Shown: piece after piece, positions 35,271 to 48,525 of the stretch
Numbering within the stretch: the stretch's first letter is position 1
Layout of the letters: every line of letters starts with the position of its first letter
Source of the DNA: Nemertoderma westbladi
Taxonomy: Eukaryota; Animalia; Xenacoelomorpha
Reading direction: 5' to 3'
Assembly: GCA_032718475.1 (NCBI GenBank)
Contig: JAUCBJ010008232.1
Span: forward strand, 30,535-94,534
DNA length: 64,000 nt
Translations under genes and position numbers: made by a program
The notes under the pieces: generated by a model
Seen by the model: the letters and a program-made list of their open reading frames with translations, nothing else
What the model was told of the DNA's origin: nothing
The model's database searches: none

Positions 35271-35939
35271 AATTCAAATTATCCGAAGAACACCTTTCAT
35301 TTAAATTGGATTGCCAACACAAAAGCCCTTCCCAAAATTAGCCATAATTTTGTCAAATAACTTCCGATTTTTTTCAAAAATGACCATCGATTTTCATTTT
35401 CGCGCGTTCTAACCGACACCACGAGATAGAGCTTAAAAAATATGTTTTAAGGAAATGATCACCAAAAACGCTCAGAATCACCGGGCGACACCGTTAACAC
35501 CTCCCCACCCCTCTACAGTGCATTTCAAGTGTAATTATTTATTGACTTCGAAAATATTATTACAAGAGAATTTTACAACCAATATTCACAAGGTGGCCGA
35601 GCTGCGTGTGCATGTTAGTTGTAGGAGGCGCCAGCCTGGCGGGCTGTCATACAACGTACTGTGCTTCGTTCATTGTGTGGGTGGGTTGGTTGGTTGTGAG
35701 TTCCATTGTAGGTCAATGGCCGGACACTTGTTACCTTTGTTGTGTTATAGACAACGAAAATATATTAATATAGCTCCGCACAAATTCTATCACTTTAAAC
35801 TTTCTTTAAACTTTTAACACTTTCGCTTTGTTGTAATAATTCGTTCGGTGGTCTGGTTTAACTTATTACTTAGAGTTCAGTTTGGTTTTTATTCACGAAT
35901 AGTATCTGCATTATTATAAAGAAGCCGTCCATTCTCCAG

Positions 35940-37536
35940 GATTCCTTACAAGAATTACCGGCCGGCCATTTGCAATTTAATAATATTAAAGAGTTGGGAC
36001 AGACAATTATTGTTACAAAGGTAATTCATTATGAGTGTGTATATTATTATTTTGGGATTGAGATTAACTAACTGAACTAGATAAAGTCAATGTATATTAT
36101 TATATTATTTTATTATTATACAATTCCCAGGGTCGGTGTTCTAGAATGACTGAATTAATGTGGTCCTCCCCTCTGGAATCCGTGGCCTTCCGTTCCCACC
36201 ACCTCCAGCTCGCGTTCACCACCTCGGGTCTATTTGTGTTCAACATCGAACGCGGCGAGTGGATCCAGACCCTCCAACTTATTGGGTGTAGAATAAGTAT
36301 TGGGATTAGTGGGTGGCTGTAGCTGATAAGATGATTTTTCCCATAACAATAATCAATATTGTTATCTTTATCACACAGATTCCATGGCTGAACTTGGTGC
36401 TATAAACCGTGGAACCCCCCCGTCTCTGCAGCTCGACCTGTCTGGGTCTGTAGACAGTCCATTGGATGGGGAAGCCAACGCCGATGGTAGTGGTGCTGTC
36501 AGTGAGGCCGACCCTGAGGATGTTGTTTACAAGGGAGACTTTGAGAGACTGTATCAGGATTACGCCAAGGAATACTACAAAGAGGAATCACCAACAGGCC
36601 TACCTTCAGGTTTATATGTTAAATATTTATTTATGTTTGCTGACTCAATGAATCCTAAACTGTTTAACATTTCACAGTAATTGCGCGGCACTGTAGGCCT
36701 TTACTACCGGTTTTGATAAAGCTATAAATATATTACACGGAAAAAGTAATCGATCCGAGTTTGTAGTGCTGCTTCCCAGCTGTTTGTTTATTAGTTGATT
36801 ATCATTCTAAAATGTAAATTAATTGTATATTAACTCGGCCTACTTACTGGAAGACCGCGCTATGCCACAGCCACAAACACTCGGCATACACACACACACG
36901 TAATACAAACAGCAATAAGTCATAAACATAGTTATTTGTTTATATCCAGTATTCATTTAATTGTCTTTCTTTATAATTTCGTGTAAGTGGTTGGCTTCCT
37001 AAGAAGTTGTGTGAATTTCTAGATGACTATTTTATTTGTTTCTATTTCATTTCGCAGATTCAAAAACAACAGAAGTTAGTCAGTCAAGTCAAGATACGAT
37101 GGAGTTGGACAATATTGAGAAACAACACGAACAGTTAAATTCTGGGTCAGTTGAATTTCTTTTTTTTTGATCAGATCGTCACTGATCGCAACATCTTGGT
37201 CTTAATAACCTTTTAGGTTCGGTAGTTTTCGTAAAATCAAATATAATCTAACTAACTTTTATTTTCAGTGATTTGGTTACCACGGTAACTCTCCAGCGGG
37301 GTTCCCAGGGTCTGGGATTCTCTATTGTGGGCGGTTACGGCAGTCCCCATGGTAACCTCCCTATCTACGTAAAGACAGTCTACGCGAAGGGGGCGGCAGT
37401 GGACGACGGTAGATTGAGACGGGGGAACCAGATACTCGCGGTTAACGGGAAGAGTCTACACGGGATGGGCCATGATAAAGTGGTCCGATTGTTGAAGAGA
37501 CTAAGAGGAACTGTTAGGTTGTTGGTCCGGAGCTAA
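35940..37536 (+). pseudogene. Intron-containing gene fragment: CNH-like exons, acidic linker, C-terminal PDZ domain. Exons 35940-36020, 36131-~36296, 36379-36609, 37058-37145, 37269-37536
   Basis: Phase-compatible GT/AG junctions (donor of the second exon uncertain). GRCSRMTELMWSSP..FNIERGEWIQTL resembles the MRCK CNH domain; GLGFSIVGGYGSPHGNLPIYVKTV resembles the last PDZ of MPDZ/PATJ. Confidence 0.7.
37269..37536 (+). CDS. Terminal exon encoding one PDZ domain (MPDZ/PATJ last-PDZ-like)
   Basis: TTTTCAG acceptor, GLGF motif, complete domain ending in TAA. Confidence 0.9.
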
Positions 37537-40500
37537 TTATGGTTACCTAAGAATTGTCTGGCCGCCGTCAGCTGGTTACCATAAACAGCAAGACTTGAAG
37601 AAAGAGGCGGAATTGTGTTGTGATACAGTATTTATTTATCTAGTTTGTATATTTATTATTTTGTTAGCTTTATTACCTTTTGTAATTATTTCATACCGAT
37701 TATTAAAAAATATATGTAGTTAATGGACGGACATCTGGCTGATTTTAGTTCAATTTAGGTCGATTCCGTGGATACGAAAACCTTACAGTTTTTATTCTTA
37801 AATTGTTACATTTTCACTTGAATTTACCCCAATATCGGGAGAAAAAGTTGCACTTTTTTCTATAGGGAAAAAAAGTATCATTGCATTGATTTTAGTTTTT
37901 CACAGCGAAAAATGTAAAATAAAATCATTTGTGGAATTTGTTATATTTTGTTGCAAGTATTAAAAGGGCACTGAAGTAGAAAAGGTTTGCAAGTAATTTG
38001 AGCAAAATCCATTTAAACACTCAAAAGTTATTGCAAATTTAGTGTCTGCAAGGCGAATTCCATAACGCGCTGGTCCTCACGGCGAAAGCAATGTCCTACA
38101 AATCGGAGGCGATTTTGTTCTAGTGTCAGGCTTGGGGGAACCAATGAGACACCTCCAATGTTATATAATGTCTGGTTGGAGATGTGTGCATTGTACTTCA
38201 CACAATGAACCTGGTGTAGCATTCTTGTGAATGAGCCATCCAGAGATTTGGTATCCTTAGCAGTTAAGAGCCCAGCATGACTCCCATAGAGGAGTACTGG
38301 AACTACTGCTGCTCTAAATAATCGGACCTTAAGTTTCCGATTAATTCTCTGCGACTTCCAAATCCTGGAAAGCCTATTCAAGGCAGCCCATGCCTTTCCC
38401 TCACGTATTCGAAGGTCCTCACCTGACTTCCGGATCCATGATCCCAGGTAACAGAAGTTGTCCACATGCTCAAGCATACCATCCTTTGAGCGTATGCTCA
38501 TCCGATCAGGGATTTGCTGAGAACTTTCAAAGTTAACTGTCAAAATTTTGGTCTTTCTGGAGTTAATAAAAAGACCAACACTAGAAGCAGCATGTTCTAA
38601 TGAGCTGAGGAGCCGTATATGTAGGAGCCGTATGAGGAGCTGATATAATAGCTATAGATCTAAGAGCTCCTAAGAGATCTAATTAGCACCCCTGTCAAGT
38701 CTCTTATCAATGATGGTCCACGATACAAACACTCATTTAGGCATTTGCAATCTTTGTTTTTCTTTGCGCTAGCATTATATACTATACGTACCTTTGTTGT
38801 TGTTTTAGAGGGTTTAATTACAGGATGATGAGGAATATAATGTTTGATTGGTTTATGTTTGTCATTCTCTTCCTCGTCACTTACTGTTTCGATTATACCA
38901 TTATCCAGTTGATTGTTTATTATTGCTGAATACTTATCATGTAAATCATTGTTCTCGATTAATCTTTGATGTAAAGATTTAAATCTACTGAAGGCAAAGT
39001 CACGATTTTCATTTGGATATTCATTATTGGGTTTCCATGGCCAACTAACGAAATATCTGTTATTTTAATATTTAACATTTTCTTTAAAATTTATAATCGC
39101 TTGATCATCATCATCATTCATAGTTGGGTCTTCCATTCCAATTATTTCCGTCTTCCAGTAATTTTCGCTGTTGTTTATTATATTGGGTTCATATTGTTGA
39201 TCCATATTGTCAAAAATCAACATAGATGTCTCATTAAATGACTTATCTTCATTGTCAGTGTATCTCCCACTGATAACCCAACCAAATGTGGACTTTATCA
39301 AGCTTGGGCCTTCAGGCAGATTTATTTTCTCACCTGAAATGAAATCTCCATAATAGTCTAATCCAATGAGGAAGTTGATGTTTGTAATTTCATTTTCACC
39401 TGGAATTGTGTCCGCTAAAGGTAAATCTTTCCTTATTTCTTCAGATTTACCAGGATCAATTGACGATCTTTAAATTGGCCCAGTTCTAATATTGACTTCA
39501 TGGACTGTTATTTGTTTGGAATTTCCTTTCATATCATATAGATTGATATCTGCTAATTTAAATGGTATCCTGATTGGTTCCTTTCTACCAAATGTGTTGG
39601 CAACAATTTCGCCTGGATCTCTTTCTACTAAATTCAATTCCTTTGAAAATGAATGAGTAACATAAGTCCACTTGCTTCCTGTGTCAAAGAAAACTCGTGT
39701 TGTAATTGGTTTCATTTTTGTATGTCCAGGTTTCTGAACATCTATTAAGGCAGTTTGCATTATGACTGACTCGTTAATTGACATTACTGGCAAACAATTG
39801 CTGGGATATCCATTGTCATCCTGCGATTCATTTAACTCCAATCTTTCATTTGTCGCAACATTTTCAACTAATAAATTTGGACTACCCGCACTTTGATTTG
39901 AATGTTTTTTATAACATAAGCTTCTATGATGGTTTTTTGTTCTTCCACAGTGAGTACAAGTATAATTATATGTGCAATATCTAGTAGAATGACTCTCCTT
40001 TAAACAAATGTTACATTTGTTGCTCAACTGCAATTGTTTTTTTCGGGATGCGACATCCGGATATTTGAGGCATTCATCATTCCAATGATTTCCTGAGCAA
40101 TACTCACATGATCTATTTTCACCAAAGAATCGTTTACCAGCAACTGTTAATGCATGGCTAGTGGGTTTGTATTGCTTATAGTTATTTGGTCCTGACCAAC
40201 CTTTATTGGTATTTTTATTATACGATGTTTCATGGTTAGTCTTATTATGAATATCTCCGGAAGTCCTTTCAGTTAATGAATCGCGTCTTTCAGCTGCTTC
40301 TCGAGAAGCGATGTATCGCTTGAGGTTATTGCGTAAGGTACTTACTCCCATTTTTCACTTGGGTCTTTAAAGTATTCTAATTGTACTTTTACTTCCATCG
40401 AATAAATCATTGATACAAAAATTGGTTGAGAGATGTTTTCACCTAACCCTTCTAGGCTTCTAAGATTCTTTTCTATTGAATCATATGTGAGACGCAATCT

Positions 40501-40985
40501 ACTTGTTTCATTCCTAGAAACAGCCAAATTTATTAATTCAGTATATATGGCATCAATTAAGGTTTGCATTTCCCCAAATCTGTCTTTTAACAGTTCTACA
40601 GCTACATTATAATTTTCATTGGTCAATTGCAATCCTGAAATTGCCCTTTTGGCTTCACCTTCTTACTTTGTACGCAAGTAATTCAATTTCTAAACTGGTA
40701 TCAACTCATTTTTACTATCAATAGCTGCTTCAAATGAATCCCAAAATTCACCCCATTTTAATACATTTCCTGAAAAACGTTCTATAGCTCTCATCTAATT
40801 ATTGTTTTATTATAAAATCTTTGTGCCAACATTAATACTGTGGAGGCTGTATGTTGATAAGGCTGAATGTTTACTCAGCCTTATAATGATTCTCCATAAG
40901 GCTAACATTATAGTTTGAAATATAAAAATCTGTTATAATAATAATATAATTGTTGTATTTAATTAATATCGTGGTTTACATTGAA

Positions 40986-42477
40986 CTACTACTACTACTA
41001 GGATCGGCATGCTGCATTGCAGCTGCATTTTTAAGAATGCGGTGCCGGCTTGTCAACAAAATTGCACCGCCACAACTCCCTATCACCCATGACATTTGCT
41101 AGATCATCCGCATCTTTAAGGCCAGTGTCCTTTAAGATGCGTCTCAAGAAAGTCATGGGCTGTCCACCATGCTTATTCACTCCATGAGGCTGCCAAAGTA
41201 CAAGATTATGCACTGGCTGGTCCTCACGGCGAAAGCAATGCCCTGCAAAGCGGAGGCGATTTTGTTCTAGTGTCAAGCTTGGGGGAACCAATGAGACACC
41301 TCCAATATTATATAGTGTCTGGTTGGAGATGTGTGCATTGTACTTGACACAATGAACCCGGCGTAGCATTCTTGTGAATGTGCCATCCAGAGATTTGGTG
41401 TCCTCAGCAGTTAGAGCCCAGCATGGACTCCCGTAGAGGAGTACTGGAACTACTGCTGCTCTAAATAATCGGACCTTAAGTTTCCGATTAATTCTCGGTG
41501 ACTTCCAAATCCTGGAAAGCCTATTCAAGGCTGCCCATGCCTTTCCCTTACGTATTCGAAGGTCCTCACCTGACTCCCGGATCCATGATCCCAGGTAACA
41601 GAAGTCGTCCACATGCTCAAGCATACCATACCGAGACTTGCTGAGGACTTTCAAAGTTAACTGTCAGAATTTTGGTCTTTCTGGAGTTAATAAAAAGACC
41701 AACACTAGAAGCAGCATGTTCTAATGAGCTGAGGAGCCGTTGGGCTCCCTCTAATGATTCTGAGAGTACTCCTAAGTCATCAGCAAAGTCAAGATCAGTT
41801 AGGTACTTGGCAGGATTTCCTCGACTTCTGGAGCCAGTAGGTGGAGTTATCATCACCCCATCATCATTATAATGATCTAAGGACATGCGTAGAACATAGT
41901 CAACCACAATAATGAACAAGAATGGTGCAAGTGTGTCTCCTTGGAGGACGCCCCATAACACTTCAAATGGTTCTGTGTCACCGTCAACAGTAGACACAAA
42001 TGTTGTCGAACCATCGTATACTGATCTGATTGCTGCAATAATTTCATCAGGAATCCCATATAATGAAAGTATGCTGAACATACGTGAGCGAGAGACTGAA
42101 TCAAAGGCCTTGAAGAAGTCAACAAAGATAACAGCCAGATGCCTGTCTTTCTTTTTTGATAACTCTTCAATTATCCTTCTAAGTGCCAAAATGGGCTCCA
42201 TGGTCCCACGACCTTTACGGAACCCATTCTGATTTCCACGGAGCAGCCTCTCAATGGGATCCCTGATGCGATTTAATAGAATCCTATTGTATAGCTTTGC
42301 AGCAATCGAGATCAATGAGATTCCCCGAAAAGAACCATAGAGTGTTAGGTTGCCCTTCTTGGGAACTGGCAACAACTTATTTGTTTTCATTTCTTGTGGG
42401 ACTCTTGTTGTTCGGTACATGTCTACTATGATGGGATAGATGAGCGAGCAGTGTACATTGAACAGTGTAAATTGTTA
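40986..42477 (-). mobile_element. 5'-truncated RTE LINE (RT and C-terminus, one frameshift)
   Basis: QNGFRKGRG, DFFKAFDS, GVLQGDTLAP, FADD, YLGS, LLYG; (TAG)n tail; 18-bp TSD ATCG(T/C)GGTTTACATTGAA at 40968-40985 and 42478-42495. Confidence 0.93.
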
Positions 42478-42929
42478 ATCGCGGTTTACATTGAAACATC
42501 TTAACTTGTTTTATTTATTACAAAAATAAGAACAAATTTGTCTTATCACTTCTTGTGCGCGATTGTATTGAATTCATGACAATTGATGTTATTATTATTA
42601 ATCAATTGACACCTCGACTCCTCTCTGAGACTCCGACTACTCTATCCGATATAATAAAATAATCATTTCGCTAACTGCTCTCTATCTTCTATAATCACAA
42701 ACAGCTTTTATAATTCATTAGATGATTACAATATAATAATTATAGTTTGAATTTGTCTAGAAAAAATTATAGTTTGAAGTTGTCTAGAAAATTTCTCGTT
42801 CACCATCGGGACTACCCTCACACTAATTTATTATCAGACAGAATAAAAAGCTTTTACTTGACTCGTACTGTCTCCTACGACTTTGTTTCACGTCTCTAGT
42901 TAACTTATCGATTATTTAAATTGCAAGTA

Positions 42930-43260
42930 CTATAGATTGGAAAGTAGGTACTGTTTGTATTTCCTAGAAAAACATTGTTTAGAAGATTGCGTAATAGTAA
43001 GAGGGATATTGTTCCAAATAGTAGGACCAAGGTACTTGATAGATCGCTGTGCAATATCGAGTCTAGTAAGGGGGATATGGAAATTACCTTGAGCAGATGA
43101 TCTGGTAGAATGCTTATGAATGGCTGAAGTCTTATTAAATAATAAACCTAAGTCAGACTGAGTATTGATACTGGAACTACTAATGTCATGCATGAGTATT
43201 GCGGCCTGGTGTTTAAATAAACAATCTAATGGTAAGATATGTAATGACTTAAGTAGAGGA
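42930..43260 (-). mobile_element. 3' remnant of a CR1/L2-group (Crack-like) LINE ORF2
   Basis: IHKHSTRS..SIKYLGPTIWNNIP..FSRKYKQYLL C-terminal pattern. Confidence 0.65.
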
Positions 43261-44485
43261 GGACTGAAAGTGGCTAAATGTTATACAACGGAGTAGTTTG
43301 TTGATTTTAATTCTGAGAGGCATTAGTGTAGTAACATTAATTAGTACTTCCCCACAGTAGAAGTCCGTAGTCTAGGTAGGGGTGGATTAGACTAAAATAG
43401 AGTTGTCGAAGAATATGTAGAGATTTGGTAAATTTACCAAATTTGTTAGGGTAGGGGTGGGGTTCGTGGCACACAGCTGATGAGGATGACCACGAATCCC
43501 AGGGTTCCTTGTTTAAATCTCCGAAACCCTTTTATTTTTATAAAATTTATTACTTAGACTTACCTTTTCGGCGGACAAAATGTCCTATATTTTTCGTAAT
43601 TTATGGGATAGCCTATTTCGTGCAATACTTACCAGAACCTGTAGTTGCTGTATGGTTTGGTGTAATTTTTCTTGTGGTAGTTGGGTTGGGTTATGTAGCA
43701 CTAAAATCGATTTGGTATTTTGTTTTTTGATTGGCCTTAGTGCCTGAGTACTAACAGTGGCCAAAGTGGCCCTAAATGCTAGGTACTAGTATCTGAGGGA
43801 ATAAGACCCCATGTCCTAATTTATTGTTTTCATATTAAGATAATTTGTTGTCCACCCAAATTCCAAGAAATTTAGTACTGTTTGAATAAATTTATTTTAT
43901 GATTATTGATTTGAGGTGCTGGAATTTAGGTGGCATCTTTAGTTATTGGAAAATAAGGTATATTCTGTTTTGGTCAAGTTAATAAGCGACAGACGGTTAG
44001 CCATTAACCATTCTGCAACTTTATTTAGTTGGTTATTGGTGTGAGATATAAGTTCATCAGAATCGTGATTAGAATAGCATAGAGTAGTATCATCTGCGAA
44101 TAGTGAGGACATTAGGGCGATCTTTTATTGGTTACAAAGTACAAAATACCCCAGGGATACTTTCTTTAGAGCTAACTTTCTTGGCCTCTCAGCCTGTTAT
44201 GAGGGCACATTTAGTTCATTGGCGTATTTTGTTGTAAAGAGTAAAGGTAGGCTTTATCACTAATAATAGCAATAGCCCTATTATCCACCAGAAAGAGGGA
44301 CGTGTTTGCATACACAACGAGATGGGCTATTAAGTAAAACCTTTGGACACCAGACTTCCATTTATTTGATGGTGTGTTCATGGTAAATTCGCACAATTAT
44401 CTGCTAATTCAAAAGTTATTATTAACGGTGGAATTAATTATCGTTATAATATTAATTGTATTTAATATAATATTGTACTTTTACA

Positions 44486-45828
44486 ATGGGTGGAGGTTTT
44501 CTACGATTTGATATGATCCTGTTTTTATCTATATGTTCATTAATTATCTCTTGCCATTCGCTCATACGAGATGATACAGGGGACTTTGATGATAAAGCTA
44601 AAACAGCGTCGTTGAATGCCTCTCACCACGACTATTGTATCCTTGGAGCTGGACCTGCAGGTCTGCAAATGGCCTACTTTCTAAAATCGTCCAACAGAGA
44701 TTACGTTGTTATTGAAAGAAATAACATGAGCGGCTCTTATTACACCAAATTCCCCAGACATCGAACCCTAATAAGCATTAACAAGCTGTACACCGGACAA
44801 GCTAACAAACGATTTAACGAGCGCCACGACTGGAATAGTTTACTGAGTGACAACGACGACCTAGTATTCGGGAAATACACAGAACAAATGTTTCCCCAAG
44901 CTGATCACCTTATCACCTACCTCAATGAGTACGCCAATACCTTGAAACTGAACATTGATTACAACACCGAGGTAACCTATGTATCTAGATTCAAGGACGA
45001 TAATGCAGCCAATGTTGAAACATTTATTGCTTTCACAAAAACCCAAAGAGTGTATACTTGCAATAAATTCATTGTAGCCACTGGATGGGCTTTGCCACAC
45101 GATGGGGGTTTTAAGGAAAAATTTATCTTGGGGTATGAAGACATGGACATGGATGTTGCACAGTTCCGGAACAAACGGGTCCTTATTATTGGCAAGGGGA
45201 ATAGCGCGTTCGAGACAGCCAATCATATCAGAGATGTTGCAGCTGCTATAACAATGGTTTCTAAGAGACGCCCCGTATTAGCTTGGCAATCCCACTACGT
45301 AGGTGATATTCGAGCGATAAATGCTGAGTTCTTTGATCTCTACCAGTTAAAATCTTTAAATATTGTAGCGCAAAGAGATTTTAAAGACATAAAATTTGTT
45401 GTAAACAATAAAACCAATAAAATCTCGTTGGAAAAAGACCTTGTTGAAGCTGATGTCGTTCCTGTCAATGAATTCGATAAAGTTATCCGTTGCATCGGAT
45501 TCAAATGGGATAACAGGATCTTCGGGTCTCGAGTTGCCCCTGGCAACGCGTTTCCAACCTCGGAGAAGTTTCCGAAAATCGGACAGGACTTCCAAAGTCG
45601 GACGCCCGGGTTGTACTTCATTGGGACTATCGCTCACTCTCTGGACTATAAACTCTCCGCGGGGGGCTTTCTTCACGGTTACCGCTACACAGCCCGGTCT
45701 GTCCACAATATTCTAGAACAACGTTACCATGGAGTACAATGGCCGTCAAAGACTGTTCCTATGTATTCTATGGAAACCTACATGATGAAGCGAGTTTCAG
45801 AAATGCCGGGACCATACCAGATGTTTAG
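44486..45828 (+). CDS. FOXRED2: FAD-dependent oxidoreductase domain-containing protein 2-like, exon 1
   Basis: Signal-peptide-like start, YCILGAGPAGLQMAY, FPRHRTLISINK, RHDWNSLLSD, GKGNSAFE, HYVGDIRA, SAGGFLHGYRYTAR; donor AG/GTAAAA. Confidence 0.92.
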
Positions 45829-46398
45829 GTAAAACATTAACTACTTACATAATTGGTGAAAAGTAGAACTTCCCAGCGATATGATCCGAGAGTATTTATG
45901 TACCGAACGTGCGCAGCGAGGGAGGTTACAATAAATACACTTCTAGGGCCAAAAGCACTGAATAGTACACTTTCCACACAATAATTTTCATAATTTTGTT
46001 ACATTATAGACTGTATCTCAACGTAGCGGCGTTCTGAATACTTAATTTTTATCTTTAATATTTTAATGTTTAGGACTATTATTGAAATTCATATCCTATT
46101 TATGCAATTATTAATTAATTTCATTTACTGTAACAACTGTACGGGAAATAATGTTACACATAGCATAAGCATACAATGGCTATCATCAATGGATAATTTT
46201 TTGCAAGACATGTTCTAGAAGTTTATTGTTTCTAAGTGATTAATTTATTAGTTAGCTGTGTTACGAAATTACCACCAGAACGTTGATAATTTGACATGTA
46301 ATAAATTATGTTATTTGTTTGGAACCAACTCAACTATTTTATACAGTATCCCAAACATATCCTTACAAATCTGATTTAATATATTTTGTCCTTATTAG

Positions 46399-46499
46399 TT
46401 TTCTTGGAGAGGTATTTGTTGTAAACAAAGATTCAGGAACGATGACACACTTTGCCGAATATCCATTAAGACTCTTACATCGATTCCAAGAAATTACAG
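46399..46499 (+). CDS. FOXRED2: FOXRED2-like exon 2
   Basis: TTATTAG acceptor, phase 2 in; FLGEVFVV..AEYPLRLL..ITG; donor G/GTTGGT. Confidence 0.88.
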
Positions 46500-47169
46500 G
46501 TTGGTGTTGGTAGAGCTTCATTTATCATTCAACAAGATTTAATACCAGTGACACAGGCGAATACTGGAATTTTAACAATTTCGGTTCAGTTTAACTTAGC
46601 CCCTTATTTCAGTTACAGTTTATCTACCGGTTAATATAAATTAAGTAGTGGAATCCCGTTTACTTTTATACATAGATATATAAGCGTTATGTTTATTAGT
46701 AAAAATTAAAACACTATAGGGAAGAGCTGCATGCTGATTGGTTACTTTCCTCTGTTACCCGGCAACATATAAGTTAAATTTCATACTGATCATTTTTCCA
46801 TGTTTCCAGAATGTTTGTGGTGTTTTCCCTTTGTTCTATATATTTTTTACTAAGATGCGCTGTGCGAGGTGTACATTTAGGATTACCTATTTAGGATAGT
46901 TAATAGGTTAAATTTCCTGCTTATAAATATTTTTACTGTGTTCCATCTAGTGTTTTCTTAATTCTCTTTTTCTCACCAATCCTCTATCACGCTGGCTTGG
47001 TGCATAACAAAAATTGGGATAAATAATTTGATTGGAATGAAAGAACTGCCGATATAAAATTAATTTTCGTTAATTAATTGTATATTTTCATATTTTCATA
47101 ATTTTAGTTTCAGTTTATTTCAATCATTTCAAATCGGTACTTAAATAATTCAGTTTTATTGTTATTCAG

Positions 47170-47356
47170 GATATCACATGGGACCTTCTACAACAATGAT
47201 AGTCCTTAATCTCGAGTATGGGAAGACATTTGGGGGTCCAGGAGCTGATGTTCTGAATACCAAACAGGTGCATGACCCTGCCCTCGCTCACACGGAAGAT
47301 TTGCTGCACCCTGTCTGGTACTATTATTATACTCAACCTACAGCCCGCGATATGAG
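47170..47356 (+). CDS. FOXRED2: FOXRED2-like exon 3
   Basis: TTCAG acceptor, phase 1 in; LNLEYGKTFGGPG..LLHPVWYYY..PT; donor AG/GTGCGT. Confidence 0.9.
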
Positions 47357-48039
47357 GTGCGTCGCATTGTAAGCCCTCTGTACTTCACTTTTTGAAATAT
47401 TTAATATAATATTTTTTTTTTACAATTTTACTTTCTAAAAAATTAGATATAAATATTCAATACATTATAGTAACGAAATTTCGCATGTCTGAGTTTAGTC
47501 ATTGATAAACTTTGAACGTTTAAGCTCAAGTCATTGCTATCTGGGTAATAGCAGTTCACGCAGGTTCGAATTTTTTTCTTTCCACTTGAGACTTGTTCCA
47601 AATCCGGAAATATACGCTTAGAAAGTAATGGCGAAGGCATCAAATTCCTTTTCTATTTAGGCAAAAAGGAACCAGACTTCAGACTATTGGTTATTACTCC
47701 AGCCTGTTATTATACCACAAAAGATTTGTGCGGAACAATAATTTCCTGATGTGAAGGATATATAATATATTATTGAAGCCGAATACTTAGGCGTATTAGA
47801 TTCGTAGACGACTTAGGACAACTTCACCGTCGACAAAATCTATAAGCCCATTTGTTTCACGTTGACACAACTTTACGAACAGAAATTAGATTCCAGAGGC
47901 CACCGTTATTATTATCAAAGCAATCAATCGATTGATGATAATTTTATCACACAATTTGTTAACTGTGACAGTGACTTATTGGGTCTTGCCTGCTAGTGAT
48001 ATGATGGTTGCACTTGTGAACATTGAATAATATTGGATA

Positions 48040-48316
48040 CTAGCAGGCAATACCCGAGGCATGTTACCCGGTATTTCCCGCTACCGGCATAGGCCTACTG
48101 GCGTACTGGTACCGGTATAGGCCTACTGACGTACCGGTACCCAGTACCGGTACCGAACGTGAATTAAACTTTTCGAAAAGTGGCCTATAACGACCGCTGG
48201 TTAATGTATACACACATGCCAAGTTCCAGCGCAATCCCTCTGCCCGTTTTGGAGGAGTTCGAACACAGAGAGAGAGAGAGATAGGATAGGTCAATGATAG
48301 GATTGTCAAGGATAGG
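48040..48316 (-). mobile_element. Short non-autonomous Helitron-like element in FOXRED2 intron 3
   Basis: Minus strand ends in an imperfect GC-rich hairpin then CTAG/T; (TC)n and TATCC repeats near the 5' end. Confidence 0.6.
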
Positions 48317-48525
48317 TCTTTCTGCTTAACAATAATTGATGAAAATGCTACACCTACAACTGAGAACTATAGTTATTTATTACATGGAAAAAGTATAACT
48401 TTTTTCACTATTCTCGAGGCATTTTATTTACCGAGCGTCAGCGTGGTTAATAAAGGGTCGAGAGAGACTTCTAAGGGCAGCCCTAAACATCAGATGAAGA
48501 AAACACATGACAAACTCGGAGATTT

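Larger units (their letters stand above)
25475..38639 (-). mobile_element. 5'-truncated RTE LINE split into 25475-25618, 29803-29889 and 38069-38639
   Basis: Pieces collinear with the RTE copy at 40986-42450; (TAG)-type tail at 25475; 11-bp TSD CTGATATAATA at 25464-25474 and 38640-38650. Confidence 0.9.
121..40790 (-). mobile_element. Old, decayed Bel/Pao LTR retrotransposon ('Pao-B'), host of the nest; pieces at ~121-417, 1067-1429, 19304-19857, 25351-25474, 38640-40790
   Basis: Pieces are collinear once inserts are removed: gag (CEYCSGNHWNDEC, CNICLKESH, CTHCGRTKNHHRSLC), protease FFDTGS, RT (SDIEKAYLQV..RFFW, YVDNLI), RNase H (FCDASETAYAAAIY, IPRLELMA, SDSQCVLAW, NPADIATR). Many stops and frameshifts; LTRs not identified. 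Confidence 0.85.

Noticed and set aside
29889-35496. TAACGG/CCGTTA terminal inverted repeat around the satellites
   Set aside because: Only 6 bp with no TSD; expected by chance.
47661-47990. Alternative FOXRED2 terminal exon after TTTAG acceptor
   Set aside because: Only faint similarity, spread over different frames with several stops; 48919-49027 fits better.
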